Source: Alphaproteobacteria bacterium (GTDB taxonomy: Bacteria > Pseudomonadota > Alphaproteobacteria > UBA6615). From it: a stretch of 64,000 nucleotides of DNA. The stretch covers positions 18,347 to 82,346 of the forward strand of contig JAJFJA010000056.1 of assembly GCA_021774445.1 (NCBI GenBank), given 5' to 3'. The notes below the pieces were generated by a model. It was not told the origin of the DNA. It saw only the letters and a list, made by a program, of their open reading frames with translations, and searched no databases. The translations under genes and the position numbers were made by a program. Below are positions 27,406-38,972 of this stretch, piece after piece (position 1 is the first letter of the stretch; every line of letters starts with the position of its first letter).

Positions 27406-28233
27406 ATGGTGGCCATGCAGGAGCAGTTAGAGGCTCGGACCGACGCGGGAAGCGGGCCTCTAGTGGTCGATGTGAGAGACCTCTCGCTCACATTCAAGAC
27501 GTCGGATGGGCCGGTATACGCGTTGTCGCATGTCGATCTGCAGATCGCGGAGGGCGATTTCGTTTCCTTTATCGGGCCGTCGGGCTGTGGCAAGACGACC
27601 ATGCTGCGGGTAATCGCCGACCTGGAGCGGCCCACGGACGGGCAGATCACGGTCAATGGCGTCTCGGCGGAAGAGGCCCGCCTAAACCGAAGCTATGGTT
27701 ATGTTTTTCAGGCAGCGGCGCTGTACCCGTGGCGCAATATTCTGCGCAACGTGACCTTGCCGCTGGAGATCATGGGCGTCCCGGCGGCGGAGCGGCGAGA
27801 TCGAGCGCGGCGTTATCTCGAACTCGTGAACCTCGCCGGATTCGAGAAAAAATTCCCGTGGCAGCTTTCCGGCGGCATGCAGCAACGGGCGTCGATCGCC
27901 CGAGCCTTATGCTTCGATCCCGCATTGCTGCTGATGGATGAGCCTTTTGGGGCGTTGGATGAGATCGTGCGCGACCATCTCAACGAGCAATTGCTGCAGT
28001 TGTGGGAGAAGACCGGCAAGACGGTTGTTTTCGTGACCCATTCGATCCCGGAGGCGGTCTTCCTGTCGTCCAAGATCGTCGTCATGTCGCCGCGGCCGGG
28101 GCGGGTAATCGACGTCATTCACAATGATCTGCCGCGGCAGCGTACCCTGGATATTCGGGAATCGCCGGCGTTCTTGTCGGTGGCGCATCGGGTGCGGCAG
28201 GGGCTGCGAGCCGGGCATAGCTATGACGACTGA
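27406..28233 (+). CDS. NitT/TauT-family ABC ATP-binding protein (pyrimidine uptake)
   Basis: GPSGCGKTT, LSGGMQQR, DEPFGALD, VTHSIPEAV. Confidence 0.93.
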   Translation: MVAMQEQLEARTDAGSGPLVVDVRDLSLTFKTSDGPVYALSHVDLQIAEGDFVSFIGPSGCGKTTMLRVIADLERPTDGQITVNGVSAEEARLNRSYGYVFQAAALYPWRNILRNVTLPLEIMGVPAAERRDRARRYLELVNLAGFEKKFPWQLSGGMQQRASIARALCFDPALLLMDEPFGALDEIVRDHLNEQLLQLWEKTGKTVVFVTHSIPEAVFLSSKIVVMSPRPGRVIDVIHNDLPRQRTLDIRESPAFLSVAHRVRQGLRAGHSYDD

Positions 28234-29155
28234 CGCTATCGGCGGGGACGAGCGGTTTGCGGCGGGCAGCGCCCGGGTCGGCAGGGTAATCGGCCAGCGT
28301 GCGGCGCCGATCGCGGTCGTCGTGCTGGTGGTTCTCGTGGCGTGGTATGTCGGCGCCGTGGCGATGAATGCCCGGCTTCAGATCGATGCCTTCGAACGCC
28401 AAGAGGTGGCTTGGGACCGCGGCGACTTGGTGCGCGCGACGTTGTCTCAGGAGCGGCCGCTGTTACCGGCGCCGCATCAAATCCTGGTGGAGATGAAGAA
28501 GACCATCATCGATCAGAAAATCACCTCCAAGCGAAGCTTGGTCTTTCATTCCTGGGTGACGTTGTCGTCAACCCTGCTGGGCTTCGCCATCGGCACGGCG
28601 CTTGGCGTGGTGCTGGCCATTGGCATCGTGCATGTGACGACCCTGGAAAAGAGCTTGATGCCCTGGGTAATCTCCTCGCAGACGATCCCGATCCTGGCGA
28701 TCGCCCCCATGGTGGTCGTGGTGTTGGGGGCCATCGGCCTGAAAGGGTTGCTGCCGAAGGCGATCATATCGACTTATCTGTGCTTCTTCCCGGTCACGAT
28801 CGGGATGGTGAAAGGGCTGCGGGCGGCGGATTCGCTGCAATTGGACCTGATGCAGACCTATAGCGCGAGCCGATGGCAGACGTTGTGGATGTTGCGCTGG
28901 CCGGCGGCGTTGCCGTTCCTGTTCACGAGCCTGAAGGTTGCCATCGCGATTGCCCTGGTCGGGGCGATTGTCGGCGAACTTCCGACCGGTGCCCAGGCCG
29001 GCCTGGGGGCACGGCTGCTCGCCGGTTCGTACTACGGTCAGACGATCCAGATCTGGTCCGCCTTGCTGACCGCGGCGGCCTTGGCTTCGCTGCTCGTCAC
29101 AGCGGTGGGAGTGATCGAGCGGTTGACCTTGTCGCGCATGGGAGGCCGGCCGTGA
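28223..29155 (+). CDS. NitT/TauT ABC permease
   Basis: LLPAPH, QTIPILAIAP, LRWPAALP, GAIVGE. Confidence 0.9.
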   Translation: MTTDAIGGDERFAAGSARVGRVIGQRAAPIAVVVLVVLVAWYVGAVAMNARLQIDAFERQEVAWDRGDLVRATLSQERPLLPAPHQILVEMKKTIIDQKITSKRSLVFHSWVTLSSTLLGFAIGTALGVVLAIGIVHVTTLEKSLMPWVISSQTIPILAIAPMVVVVLGAIGLKGLLPKAIISTYLCFFPVTIGMVKGLRAADSLQLDLMQTYSASRWQTLWMLRWPAALPFLFTSLKVAIAIALVGAIVGELPTGAQAGLGARLLAGSYYGQTIQIWSALLTAAALASLLVTAVGVIERLTLSRMGGRP

Positions 29156-30294
29156 GCGCGGACGCGCGCGGCGACCGATGGTGCCGGGTCGCGCTGCTGC
29201 TCATGGCGCCGGCGCTGGTGCTGCCGCTGGGTGGCGGTGAAGCGATCTCTCGGTGGTCCGATGCGGCCGGCGCGCTGCCCTTTTTGCTGCCGCTGGCGGG
29301 TGTTTGCGCCTGGTTTAGCTGGCGCGGGATGGCGATAGCACGCCAAGGGGCGGTGTTGGTGCTGGCGGTCGCTCTGGGCGCCTGGGGTGCGGTGGATTTG
29401 CTGCATGAACACGGCATTGCGGGTCGCGCGGCGAGCGGCTTCTGGCTTTATGTGCTGGCACTGTGGGTGGCGGCTTGGCGGGGGATCGATGGCTTGGCGC
29501 GGTTCCGCAGCCTTGATGGACGGGCGCAACGGGCGGTGAACCTGTTGGTGCCGGCGGCTTTCGGGCTGTGGTTGATCTTTCTGTGGGAGATGGTAACGGT
29601 TGGTTTCGGGGTGCCGCAGGTGTTGCTCCCGGCGCCCAGCATGGTGGCCGAACGGTTCGCCGGATCGCTAAACCTGCTGTGGGCCGATTTCCGCCAAACC
29701 TTCCTCAAGGCGGTGATCTCGGGTTATGTGCTCGGCTGTGGCAGCGGTTTCATCGTCGCGGTGCTGGTGGACCGGGTGCCGTTCCTGCAACGCGGCTTGC
29801 TGCCTTTGGGCAATCTGGTGAGTGCGCTGCCGATCGTCGGCGTGGCGCCGATCATGGTCATGTGGTTCGGTTTCGACTGGCAATCGAAGGCCGCCGTCGT
29901 GGTGATTATGACGTTTTTTCCGATGCTGGTGAACACGGTCACGGGACTGGCGGCCGCCGGTGCTTTGGAACGGGATCTGATGCGGTCCTATGGGGCGGGC
30001 TATTGGCCGACCCTGGCGAAGCTGCGGCTGCCCGCGGCGATGCCGTTCATCTTTAATGCGCTGAAGATCAATTCGACGCTGGCCCTGATCGGTGCCATCG
30101 TCGCCGAGTTCTTCGGCACGCCGATTGTGGGTATGGGCTTCCGCATTTCCACGGAGGTGGGCCGCATGAATGTCGATATGGTCTGGGCGGAAATCGCGCT
30201 GGCGGCGTTAGCCGGGTCGGCGTTTTACGGGCTCGTGGCTCTTAGCGAGCGCGCGACAACGTTCTGGCATCCTTCGTTTCGGGCAGAGCGCTAG
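29152..30294 (+). CDS. NitT/TauT ABC permease with N-terminal membrane extension
   Basis: GTGA overlap start; LLPAPS, LRLPAAMPFIF, GAIVAEFF. Confidence 0.88.
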   Translation: MSADARGDRWCRVALLLMAPALVLPLGGGEAISRWSDAAGALPFLLPLAGVCAWFSWRGMAIARQGAVLVLAVALGAWGAVDLLHEHGIAGRAASGFWLYVLALWVAAWRGIDGLARFRSLDGRAQRAVNLLVPAAFGLWLIFLWEMVTVGFGVPQVLLPAPSMVAERFAGSLNLLWADFRQTFLKAVISGYVLGCGSGFIVAVLVDRVPFLQRGLLPLGNLVSALPIVGVAPIMVMWFGFDWQSKAAVVVIMTFFPMLVNTVTGLAAAGALERDLMRSYGAGYWPTLAKLRLPAAMPFIFNALKINSTLALIGAIVAEFFGTPIVGMGFRISTEVGRMNVDMVWAEIALAALAGSAFYGLVALSERATTFWHPSFRAER

Positions 30295-30336
30295 GTTCAA
30301 TTGAAAACAAACATTGCCATCAACAGGAGGAAAATC

Positions 30337-31329
30337 ATGCACAAACTGTCTTTATCACTGGCGGCCGCAGCCCTGGGCTTGTCCGCGGCCTCGGCCCAGG
30401 CGGCGGAGGAAGTTACGCTGCAGCTCAAATGGGTGACGCAAGCGCAGTTCGCCGGTTATTACGTCGCTAAGGACAAGGGCTTTTATGACGAGGTTGATCT
30501 TGACGTTACGATCAATCCGGGCGGGCCGGATATCGCCCCGCCACAGGTGATTGCCGGCGGCGGCGCTGATGTGATTATCGACTGGATGCCGGCGGCGTTG
30601 GCCTCGCGTGAGAAGGGCGTGGCCTTGGTAAATATTGCGCAGCCGTTCAAACGGTCCGGGATGATGCTGACCTGCCGGGCCGAGACGGGCATTACCGGTC
30701 CGGACAGCTTCCGCGGCAAAACCCTGGGCGTGTGGTTCTTCGGCAACGAGTATCCGTTCCTGAGCTGGATGTCGCAGCTGGGCATTCCAACCGCCGGCGA
30801 GGGCGATGGGGTAACCGTGCTGAAGCAGGGTTTCAACGTGGACCCGTTGCTGCAGAAACAAGCCGATTGCATCTCCACCATGACCTACAACGAATACTGG
30901 CAGGTCATCGATGCCGGGTTGGCAGCCGATGACCTGGTGGTCTTCAAATATGAAGACGAGGGCGTGGCGACACTCGAGGACGGCCTGTATGTGCTGGAAG
31001 ACCGGCTGTCGGATCCGGCCTTCGTCGAGCGCATGGCACGTTTCGTAAAAGCCAGCATGAAGGGCTGGGACTGGGCACGGGAAAACCCGCAGGAAGCCGC
31101 CGAGATCGTGTTGGAGAACGATACGACCGGCGCCCAGACCGAGAAGCATCAGGTTCGTATGATGGGCGAAATCAACAAACTGACCGAGGGCTCGGACGGG
31201 ACCCTGGATCCGGCCGATTACGACCGGACGGTGAACACGCTGCTCTCGGGCGGGTCGGATCCGGTCATCACGGCCGCGCCGGAAGGGGCTTGGACCCACG
31301 CCGTTGTGGAGAAGATGAAAGCGCTGTAG
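30337..31329 (+). CDS. NMT1/THI5-like substrate-binding protein (pyrimidine)
   Basis: AGGAGG RBS; signal peptide; LQLKWVTQAQFAGYYVA; TMTYNEY. Confidence 0.92.
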   Translation: MHKLSLSLAAAALGLSAASAQAAEEVTLQLKWVTQAQFAGYYVAKDKGFYDEVDLDVTINPGGPDIAPPQVIAGGGADVIIDWMPAALASREKGVALVNIAQPFKRSGMMLTCRAETGITGPDSFRGKTLGVWFFGNEYPFLSWMSQLGIPTAGEGDGVTVLKQGFNVDPLLQKQADCISTMTYNEYWQVIDAGLAADDLVVFKYEDEGVATLEDGLYVLEDRLSDPAFVERMARFVKASMKGWDWARENPQEAAEIVLENDTTGAQTEKHQVRMMGEINKLTEGSDGTLDPADYDRTVNTLLSGGSDPVITAAPEGAWTHAVVEKMKAL

Positions 31330-31337
31330 CAAGAGTT

Positions 31338-31371
31338 GGCCTCACGCTCGGCGAGCGTGGGGCCCTTCTTT
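31338..31371 (+). terminator. Hairpin/terminator after the binding-protein gene
   Basis: GGCCTCACGCTC-GGC-GAGCGTGGGGCC followed by CTTCTTT. Confidence 0.6.
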
Positions 31372-31410
31372 GGCCATAGAGATCGGCGTCAAATCGTTGT
31401 TGGGAGGTGA

Positions 31411-32856
<1,446 letters not shown>

Positions 32857-32918
32857 GCGCAGCGCCGGCCGTTGATCGAACTCGTTACCGGCGCTCGCTT
32901 ATTGTTTCGGATGACGGT

Positions 32919-33269
32919 CTAAAAATCGGCGGCCAATGCTTGTACGCAGGCGCTCGCCACGCCGCGGTCGGGATCGGCCGACCCGGGCATGGTGGCCCAG
33001 CCGGTCTTCATCAGCATGTCTCGGCGCTGGTAGCTGGCAGCGCCTTTCAGCTCGGCAAGTGTTGCAACCAATAGCGGATCTTGCTTTGACTGCTGGATGC
33101 AAACCGGCACCAAGGCCGCAACGACCTCAGCTTTGGCTTGGTCGGACGCCATTTTCTGGGCCGTTCCGCCGGTTACCCATCCCCCCCATGAGAAGCCGAG
33201 GATGGCAAGAGCTATAGCGCCGACACCCGCGCCGTAAAGACCGGGTTTTAGCCACTGGGGTATTTTCAT
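32919..33269 (-). CDS. Conserved-looking membrane-anchored hypothetical protein
   Basis: AAAGGA RBS; TM segment followed by GFSWGGWVTGG; two Cys; GWATMPG motif. Confidence 0.75.
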   Translation of the reverse strand: MKIPQWLKPGLYGAGVGAIALAILGFSWGGWVTGGTAQKMASDQAKAEVVAALVPVCIQQSKQDPLLVATLAELKGAASYQRRDMLMKTGWATMPGSADPDRGVASACVQALAADF

Positions 33270-33527
33270 AAGTATTTCCTTTGTCTAGGAAAAGATGATC
33301 CTTCTCCTGAGAAGATCTTTTTTCAGTATAGCGAATAATAGGCAAAATAATCGGATTTTCGATTCCCGAGCTATTATTTGCGATTTTTCTCTCGTTAACT
33401 TCATGATAACAATGAATTATTTTCCCTGTGGGAACGATATTTTTACTGAGAGGCGGGGCATTCGTGGGTGTCGCCGCAGAGGCGGACTGAGATACGGCCG
33501 GTGGAAGCCTGCCAGCGGGCGGGATTG

Positions 33528-33543
33528 TTATCGTTGCGTTAAC
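33528..33543 (+). promoter_or_regulatory. CtrA box upstream of fliX
   Basis: TTAT-CGTTGCG-TTAAC. Confidence 0.55.
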
Positions 33544-33593
33544 CCTGACCGGACTAGCTTTGGGGCCGTGAAAGCATTTATTCGGCGTAGCGC

Positions 33594-34016
33594 ATGAAAG
33601 TGGACGGTCCAGGTCGGCTTCGTTCCGGCCCGGCGCGGCGTTCTGGCAAAAGCCAGGGCGCTGCCGACGGTGGCTTTGCCAAGCATATTTCGGGGGGCTC
33701 GGATCCGTCGACAACGGCGGTGAGCGGCGCCGTTGGCTTGGGCTCGGTCGAGGCGTTGCTGTCGATTCAGGAAACGCCGGACCCGCAGCAGCGTACGAAA
33801 TCTTCGGGCTATCGCCGCGCCGAAGATCTGTTGGACCGGCTGGACGACATTCGGATCGGTCTGCTGCTCGGGCGGTTCTCGCGCGGCCGGCTCGAATCCC
33901 TCGTAACGAGGTTGGCCGAGCAGCGTGGCGGCAATCTCGATCCAACACTGGCCGGGCTCCTCGACGAGATCGAGCTGCGCGCCAAGGTCGAATTGGCCAA
34001 ACTCTCGGTAATTTGA
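33594..34016 (+). CDS. fliX: Flagellar assembly regulator FliX (FlbD partner)
   Basis: ALLSIQE, LLDRLDDIRIGLL.G, LLDEIELRAKVELAK motifs. Confidence 0.9.
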   Translation: MKVDGPGRLRSGPARRSGKSQGAADGGFAKHISGGSDPSTTAVSGAVGLGSVEALLSIQETPDPQQRTKSSGYRRAEDLLDRLDDIRIGLLLGRFSRGRLESLVTRLAEQRGGNLDPTLAGLLDEIELRAKVELAKLSVI

Positions 34017-34276
34017 AGCTGCCGGCCCAGTCCTCCGGAGTAGCCCAAAGGCCGTGGTCGGGTGCGATGTAAGGCCCGGGCGATTTTGCTGTACTGCCGA
34101 AGATTATATATATTACAACAGATTATGGCTTGGTGCTGCGAAATTGAGTCGCTTTTTGGCGGTATTGCTTCAGGAATATCATTTGACGCGTAAAGCGACT
34201 TTGTGACGCGGTCGAAATTCCATATACTCCGCCCGCCGATAAGGCCCCTTGGTTGAACGAACGCTGAGGACAGGTA

Positions 34277-34696
34277 ATGTCGTCGACGTTGAAAACAGCG
34301 GACTATGAGCCCTCCGACAATGAGGGGTTCATGAATGAGAGGATGCGCACCTACTTCCGTCGCCGCTTGACGGAGTGGCGCGACGGATTGTTGCGGGAAT
34401 CCGACCAGACGCTGCAGAACCTGCAGCAGGAGAGCGTGCAGGAAGCGGATATTGCGGATCGGGCATCGCTGGAGGCCGATAGGGCTCTAGAGCTCCGGAC
34501 GCGGGATCGCGGCAGAAAGCTGATCTCCAAGATTGATGAGGCACTCAGCCGTCTTGATGACGGCAGTTACGGTTACTGCGTGGAGTCCGGAGAGCCGATT
34601 AGCCTGCGGCGCCTGATGGCTCGACCAATCGCGACCTTGAGTATCGAAGCTCAGGAGCGTCATGAGCGGCTCGAGAAAACCCATAAGGACGGCTAG
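34277..34696 (+). CDS. dksA: RNA polymerase-binding transcription factor DksA
   Basis: YEPS....FMN, DIADRA (DxxDxA), LRTRDR.RKLI.KID, GSYGYC...GEPI, ARPIA. Confidence 0.95.
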   Translation: MSSTLKTADYEPSDNEGFMNERMRTYFRRRLTEWRDGLLRESDQTLQNLQQESVQEADIADRASLEADRALELRTRDRGRKLISKIDEALSRLDDGSYGYCVESGEPISLRRLMARPIATLSIEAQERHERLEKTHKDG

Positions 34697-34721
34697 CGTT
34701 CCGCAGGCGTGATCGACAATA

Positions 34722-34754
34722 AGAGGCCGGCTGCCTACATGGCAGCCGGCCTCT
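34722..34754. terminator. Bidirectional terminator between dksA and flgH
   Basis: 14-bp perfect stem AGAGGCCGGCTGCC-TACAT-GGCAGCCGGCCTCT. Confidence 0.8.
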
Positions 34755-34803
34755 CTCGTTTGGTCTACCTGACCGGTTCTACCTGAACTGAAACCTGCTT
34801 GGC

Positions 34804-35559
34804 CTAGAACGGGAAGATGATGTCGTAAACCTGTTGGCCGTAGCGGGGCTGCTGGACATCAGTGATCTGACCGCGACCACCGTAGGCAATGCGTGCTTCG
34901 GCGACTTTTTCGGAGAGTATGGTATTCGCCGAGCCGATATCCTGGGGGCGGATTACGCCGGTGATTTGCAGTTCGCGGACTTCGAAATTGACCCGGACCT
35001 CCTGGCGGCCGTGGATGACCATGTTGCCGTTCGGCAGGATCTGGGTGACGATGGCAGCCACCTTGATCTTGATAGCCTCGTCGCGTTCGATCTTGCCGAC
35101 ACCGGTGTGGCTGCCCTTGCTGTCGGCATCGACAAGGTTGGTCGGGTCGACGGCCTCGGGGAGAACGGCGTCCAAGGCGGCTTCAAAGCCCAGCAATTTT
35201 GCCAGGCTGGCGTCCTCGGCTGCGGTGCGGCTGCGGCTGGTGGTGTTGTTGATCTTGGCGCTATCCTGGAGATCAATGACGACCGTGAGAATGTCGCCGA
35301 CCCGACCGGCACGCTGATCTCTGAAGAAGCCTCGAGCACCGGTGCGCCATAGAGAGTTGGCGTTGCGCTCGACGGGAACAGCGGCGGGCAGGGGTAGGGA
35401 GACCGGCTGGTAACCGGCCTGGGTCGTCGGATTTTGTATGGCGGTCAGTGGCGGCTCCGAGCCGACCTCACTAAGTCGGGTCATGGCGCTACAGCCACTG
35501 AGGGCGACCACAACCCAGCAGAGGCCGACGAGGCGTGACCGGCTTGAGTGTTGGCTCAT
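34804..35559 (-). CDS. flgH: Flagellar L-ring lipoprotein FlgH
   Basis: Lipobox LSGC; FFRDQRA..VGDILTV; LPNGNMVI.G; QQPRYGQ; ends FPF. Confidence 0.96.
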   Translation of the reverse strand: MSQHSSRSRLVGLCWVVVALSGCSAMTRLSEVGSEPPLTAIQNPTTQAGYQPVSLPLPAAVPVERNANSLWRTGARGFFRDQRAGRVGDILTVVIDLQDSAKINNTTSRSRTAAEDASLAKLLGFEAALDAVLPEAVDPTNLVDADSKGSHTGVGKIERDEAIKIKVAAIVTQILPNGNMVIHGRQEVRVNFEVRELQITGVIRPQDIGSANTILSEKVAEARIAYGGRGQITDVQQPRYGQQVYDIIFPF

Positions 35560-36539
35560 TGGGCGGCTCCTAGAATCTGGGCAAGTTGGCTGCTGGCACC
35601 GACGGCAACTTGATCGGAGCCGACCACGGTGGCGTCGATGGTCTTGAGGGTCTTGGTGTTTTGGACGCGTACCAGATCGCCGTCGCTGCCGTCATCGAGG
35701 GCTCGGCCGGTGGCGGTGAGGGTCATGTTGTTACTGTGGAACACCATGGTTACCGGACGGCCGCGTTGGACGAGCAAAGGTTGGCCGAGTTCGGTGGCGG
35801 TTATCGGCATGCCGGCGCTGAGCGGGCGGCGTGGTGCCAGGCCGACGAGAGCGGCGGCGTCGGTGGCGGTGTTGCTGCGAATTGTGGATTTCCGAACGCG
35901 CTTCAGGACGATGTCCGTATCGCCGATACGCTCGCCGCGCTGTAGAGTTCGCGCCGGCACCGGAATCTCGACGACCGCAAAGAACCGACCGGAGACATTG
36001 ATGCGGCGGGCGCTGGGGTCGTTGGCCGGAATGCGGAGCACCGCCGCGACACGCTCGCTTCTCTCTTGAATGGAAATGCTTTCGATGGCGATTGTCGCCA
36101 GCTGTTCGACGGGGACATAAACGTTCAACGCGGTGTTGTTGACCGCTAACTCATACTCGCTGCCATAGCCTCGTGCCGCCAGTTCTTCGCGCAGCGCGGC
36201 CTCGATTTCGGCATGGGCGACGATGTTGCTGGCGCGCTCGACGGTTACTCGGTCGAGCCGGCTTTGGGCGCGCCAGTCGAGGCCATGCTCGCGGGCGACA
36301 CGGCCGAGCCAATTGGCGTCGAAAACGGCGCGGCGGCCCGGTGGCGGGGAATAGGCGACGACGGTGTCAGCGGCGGTGGTGACGCCGTCGAACAGATCGC
36401 CAAGACGCACGACATCTCCTTCGATAACGATGTCCTTTCGCAGGACCGGTGCCAGCTCGGCCGATGCCTCAATGGCGAAGCCCCAAATCATGACAGCGGA
36501 CACAACGGCGAACGCAAGGTGACGGCTACGCGGTATCAT
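35556..36539 (-). CDS. flgA: P-ring formation chaperone FlgA
   Basis: Signal peptide; VRLGDLF; C-terminal LVQRG..V...GRALDDG..GD.VRVQN. Confidence 0.9.
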   Translation of the reverse strand: MIPRSRHLAFAVVSAVMIWGFAIEASAELAPVLRKDIVIEGDVVRLGDLFDGVTTAADTVVAYSPPPGRRAVFDANWLGRVAREHGLDWRAQSRLDRVTVERASNIVAHAEIEAALREELAARGYGSEYELAVNNTALNVYVPVEQLATIAIESISIQERSERVAAVLRIPANDPSARRINVSGRFFAVVEIPVPARTLQRGERIGDTDIVLKRVRKSTIRSNTATDAAALVGLAPRRPLSAGMPITATELGQPLLVQRGRPVTMVFHSNNMTLTATGRALDDGSDGDLVRVQNTKTLKTIDATVVGSDQVAVGASSQLAQILGAAQ

Positions 36540-36548
36540 TGTTGGCTC

Positions 36549-37334
<786 letters not shown>

Positions 37335-37380
37335 CCCGTTGCTCCTTCAATCAAAACAGCACTCAAATCAGATCTCACGA

Positions 37381-38100
37381 TCAAACTGACTTGGTTAGAG
37401 TTTGGATGGCGCGTTTTTGGCGCTCATCCTCGGATTCGATAAGCTTGGCCGCGCCCTGATAGGACCGCATGACTTGAATCATGTTGGTCATCTCGACCAC
37501 GGCCTTGACGTTGGACCCTTCGAGCATGCCTTGGGCGAATTCGCTGTCGGGTGCCTCTAGGGGCTCTTGATCGGTCTCATAGAGAGAGGCGCCGGCCTTG
37601 GCCATGTCCTGCTCGTTGGCGAACGTCACCAGGCGGAGGCGGCCAATGGGCCCGTTCTCCGTCGATACGGTGCCGTCATTGCTGACCTGAATTTCGGATT
37701 CGCCCGGTGCGAAGACGATCGGCAGATCGCCCTCGGCGAGGACGGGGTCGCCGCTGACGGTCACAAGCTGGCCATCGGGGTCGATGCGGAAGGCACCGTT
37801 GCGGGTATAACGCGCCCCTTCTTTGGTTTCGACGACGAAATAGCCTTCGCCCTTTATGCCGATATCGAGCGGATTCTGGGTGGCGTTAAGGGGACCGCTC
37901 TCGACATTGCGCAAGACGCCGCGGTCTTGGACGAAGGCAATCTTGTCGCCGGTGGTGGCCTTGGCGAGAAACTCGGAGAACATCGACTCTTCGGCCTGGT
38001 AACCGGCCGTAGAGCTGTTGGCGATGTTGTTTGCAATGATGTCCAGCTGATTCTGCAGGGCCATCTGGTGCGACAACGCGATGAGAGAAGAGCTGCTCAT
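37381..38100 (-). CDS. flgF: Proximal rod protein FlgF
   Basis: IANNIANSSTAGY, YTRNGAF, QGMLEGSNV; start at MSSSS. Confidence 0.93.
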   Translation of the reverse strand: MSSSSLIALSHQMALQNQLDIIANNIANSSTAGYQAEESMFSEFLAKATTGDKIAFVQDRGVLRNVESGPLNATQNPLDIGIKGEGYFVVETKEGARYTRNGAFRIDPDGQLVTVSGDPVLAEGDLPIVFAPGESEIQVSNDGTVSTENGPIGRLRLVTFANEQDMAKAGASLYETDQEPLEAPDSEFAQGMLEGSNVKAVVEMTNMIQVMRSYQGAAKLIESEDERQKRAIQTLTKSV

Positions 38101-38157
38101 GATTCTCGTTCTGGTCCCATGGTTTGGGTAATTGCTCGTCACTTGGGACCGTCACCT

Positions 38158-38173
38158 GCACGTAGCGTGCCAG
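38158..38173 (-). promoter_or_regulatory. Sigma54 promoter of flgFGAH
   Basis: CTGGCAC-GCTAC-GTGC. Confidence 0.7.
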
Positions 38174-38241
38174 GCGCGGAGTTGAGCGATGCCAAGGATT
38201 TAGAGCGTTTTGCTGCGGACTCATGGAAGCCGGATGGGGTC

Positions 38242-38278
38242 TTCTCGGCAGGCTTTGCCGGGTAAAGCCTGCCGAGAA
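38242..38278. promoter_or_regulatory. Overlapping ftr elements forming an inverted repeat with 15-bp arms
   Basis: TTCTCGGCAGGCTTT-GCCGGGT-AAAGCCTGCCGAGAA. Confidence 0.65.
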
Positions 38279-38317
38279 CCGAGACTACCGGGCCGGCCTG
38301 GTGCCGGTCCGGCCGCC

Positions 38318-38333
38318 GTAACCAAATCTTAAC
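38318..38333 (+). promoter_or_regulatory. CtrA box upstream of fliL
   Basis: GTAA-CCAAATC-TTAAC. Confidence 0.6.
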
Positions 38334-38411
38334 CAGGAAACTCGTACCTTCGGGCCTGGCAACCGGCGGGTTTTTAGCCTGCCGGCAGGGACTGGATGGT
38401 ACCGATAAAAT

Positions 38412-38972
38412 ATGGCCGAAAACGACGAAGCTGCCGAAGAGGCGGACAACGAAGAAGACGGCGAAGGCGAAGGCCTTGAAGGCGGTTCTCGCAAGAGCAA
38501 GAAACGCCTGCTGCTGCTTATTGTGGTGCCGGTGATATTGCTGCTCGGGGCTGTCGGCGCGGCGATCATGACCGGGCTTGCCGACCCATTGCTGGGTGGC
38601 GGGGACGCCGAAAATAGTGAATTGGCGGAAGAAGATCTCGCGGAGGAAGAAGAGGTCGCGCACGGCCCGCCGGTCTATTTCGACCTGCCGCAGATGCTGG
38701 TTAATCTCAATAGCACCGGGCGAAAATCCAACTTCTTGAAAATCGTCGTGTCCCTAGAGGTGCCCAGCGAGGAGGATATCTACACGCTGGAGCAAGTATT
38801 GCCGCGGATTATCGACAATTTTCAGGTCTATCTGCGGGAGCTGAGAGTCGAGGACCTGCGGGGATCCGCCGGCCTCTACCGCCTGCGTGAAGAACTTCTG
38901 CTACGCGTCAACAAAGCGGTCCAACCAGCGCACATCAATGACGTGCTGTTCAAAGAAATGCTCATTCAGTGA
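38412..38972 (+). CDS. fliL: Flagellar basal body protein FliL
   Basis: KKR + TM segment; MLVNL; PRIID.FQVYLRELR..DL.GSAG; VLFKEMLIQ. Confidence 0.93.
   Translation: MAENDEAAEEADNEEDGEGEGLEGGSRKSKKRLLLLIVVPVILLLGAVGAAIMTGLADPLLGGGDAENSELAEEDLAEEEEVAHGPPVYFDLPQMLVNLNSTGRKSNFLKIVVSLEVPSEEDIYTLEQVLPRIIDNFQVYLRELRVEDLRGSAGLYRLREELLLRVNKAVQPAHINDVLFKEMLIQ

Noticed and set aside
33295..33597. 100-aa ORF in an AT-rich stretch
   Set aside because: Atypical composition; spans the divergent promoter region and the fliX CtrA box
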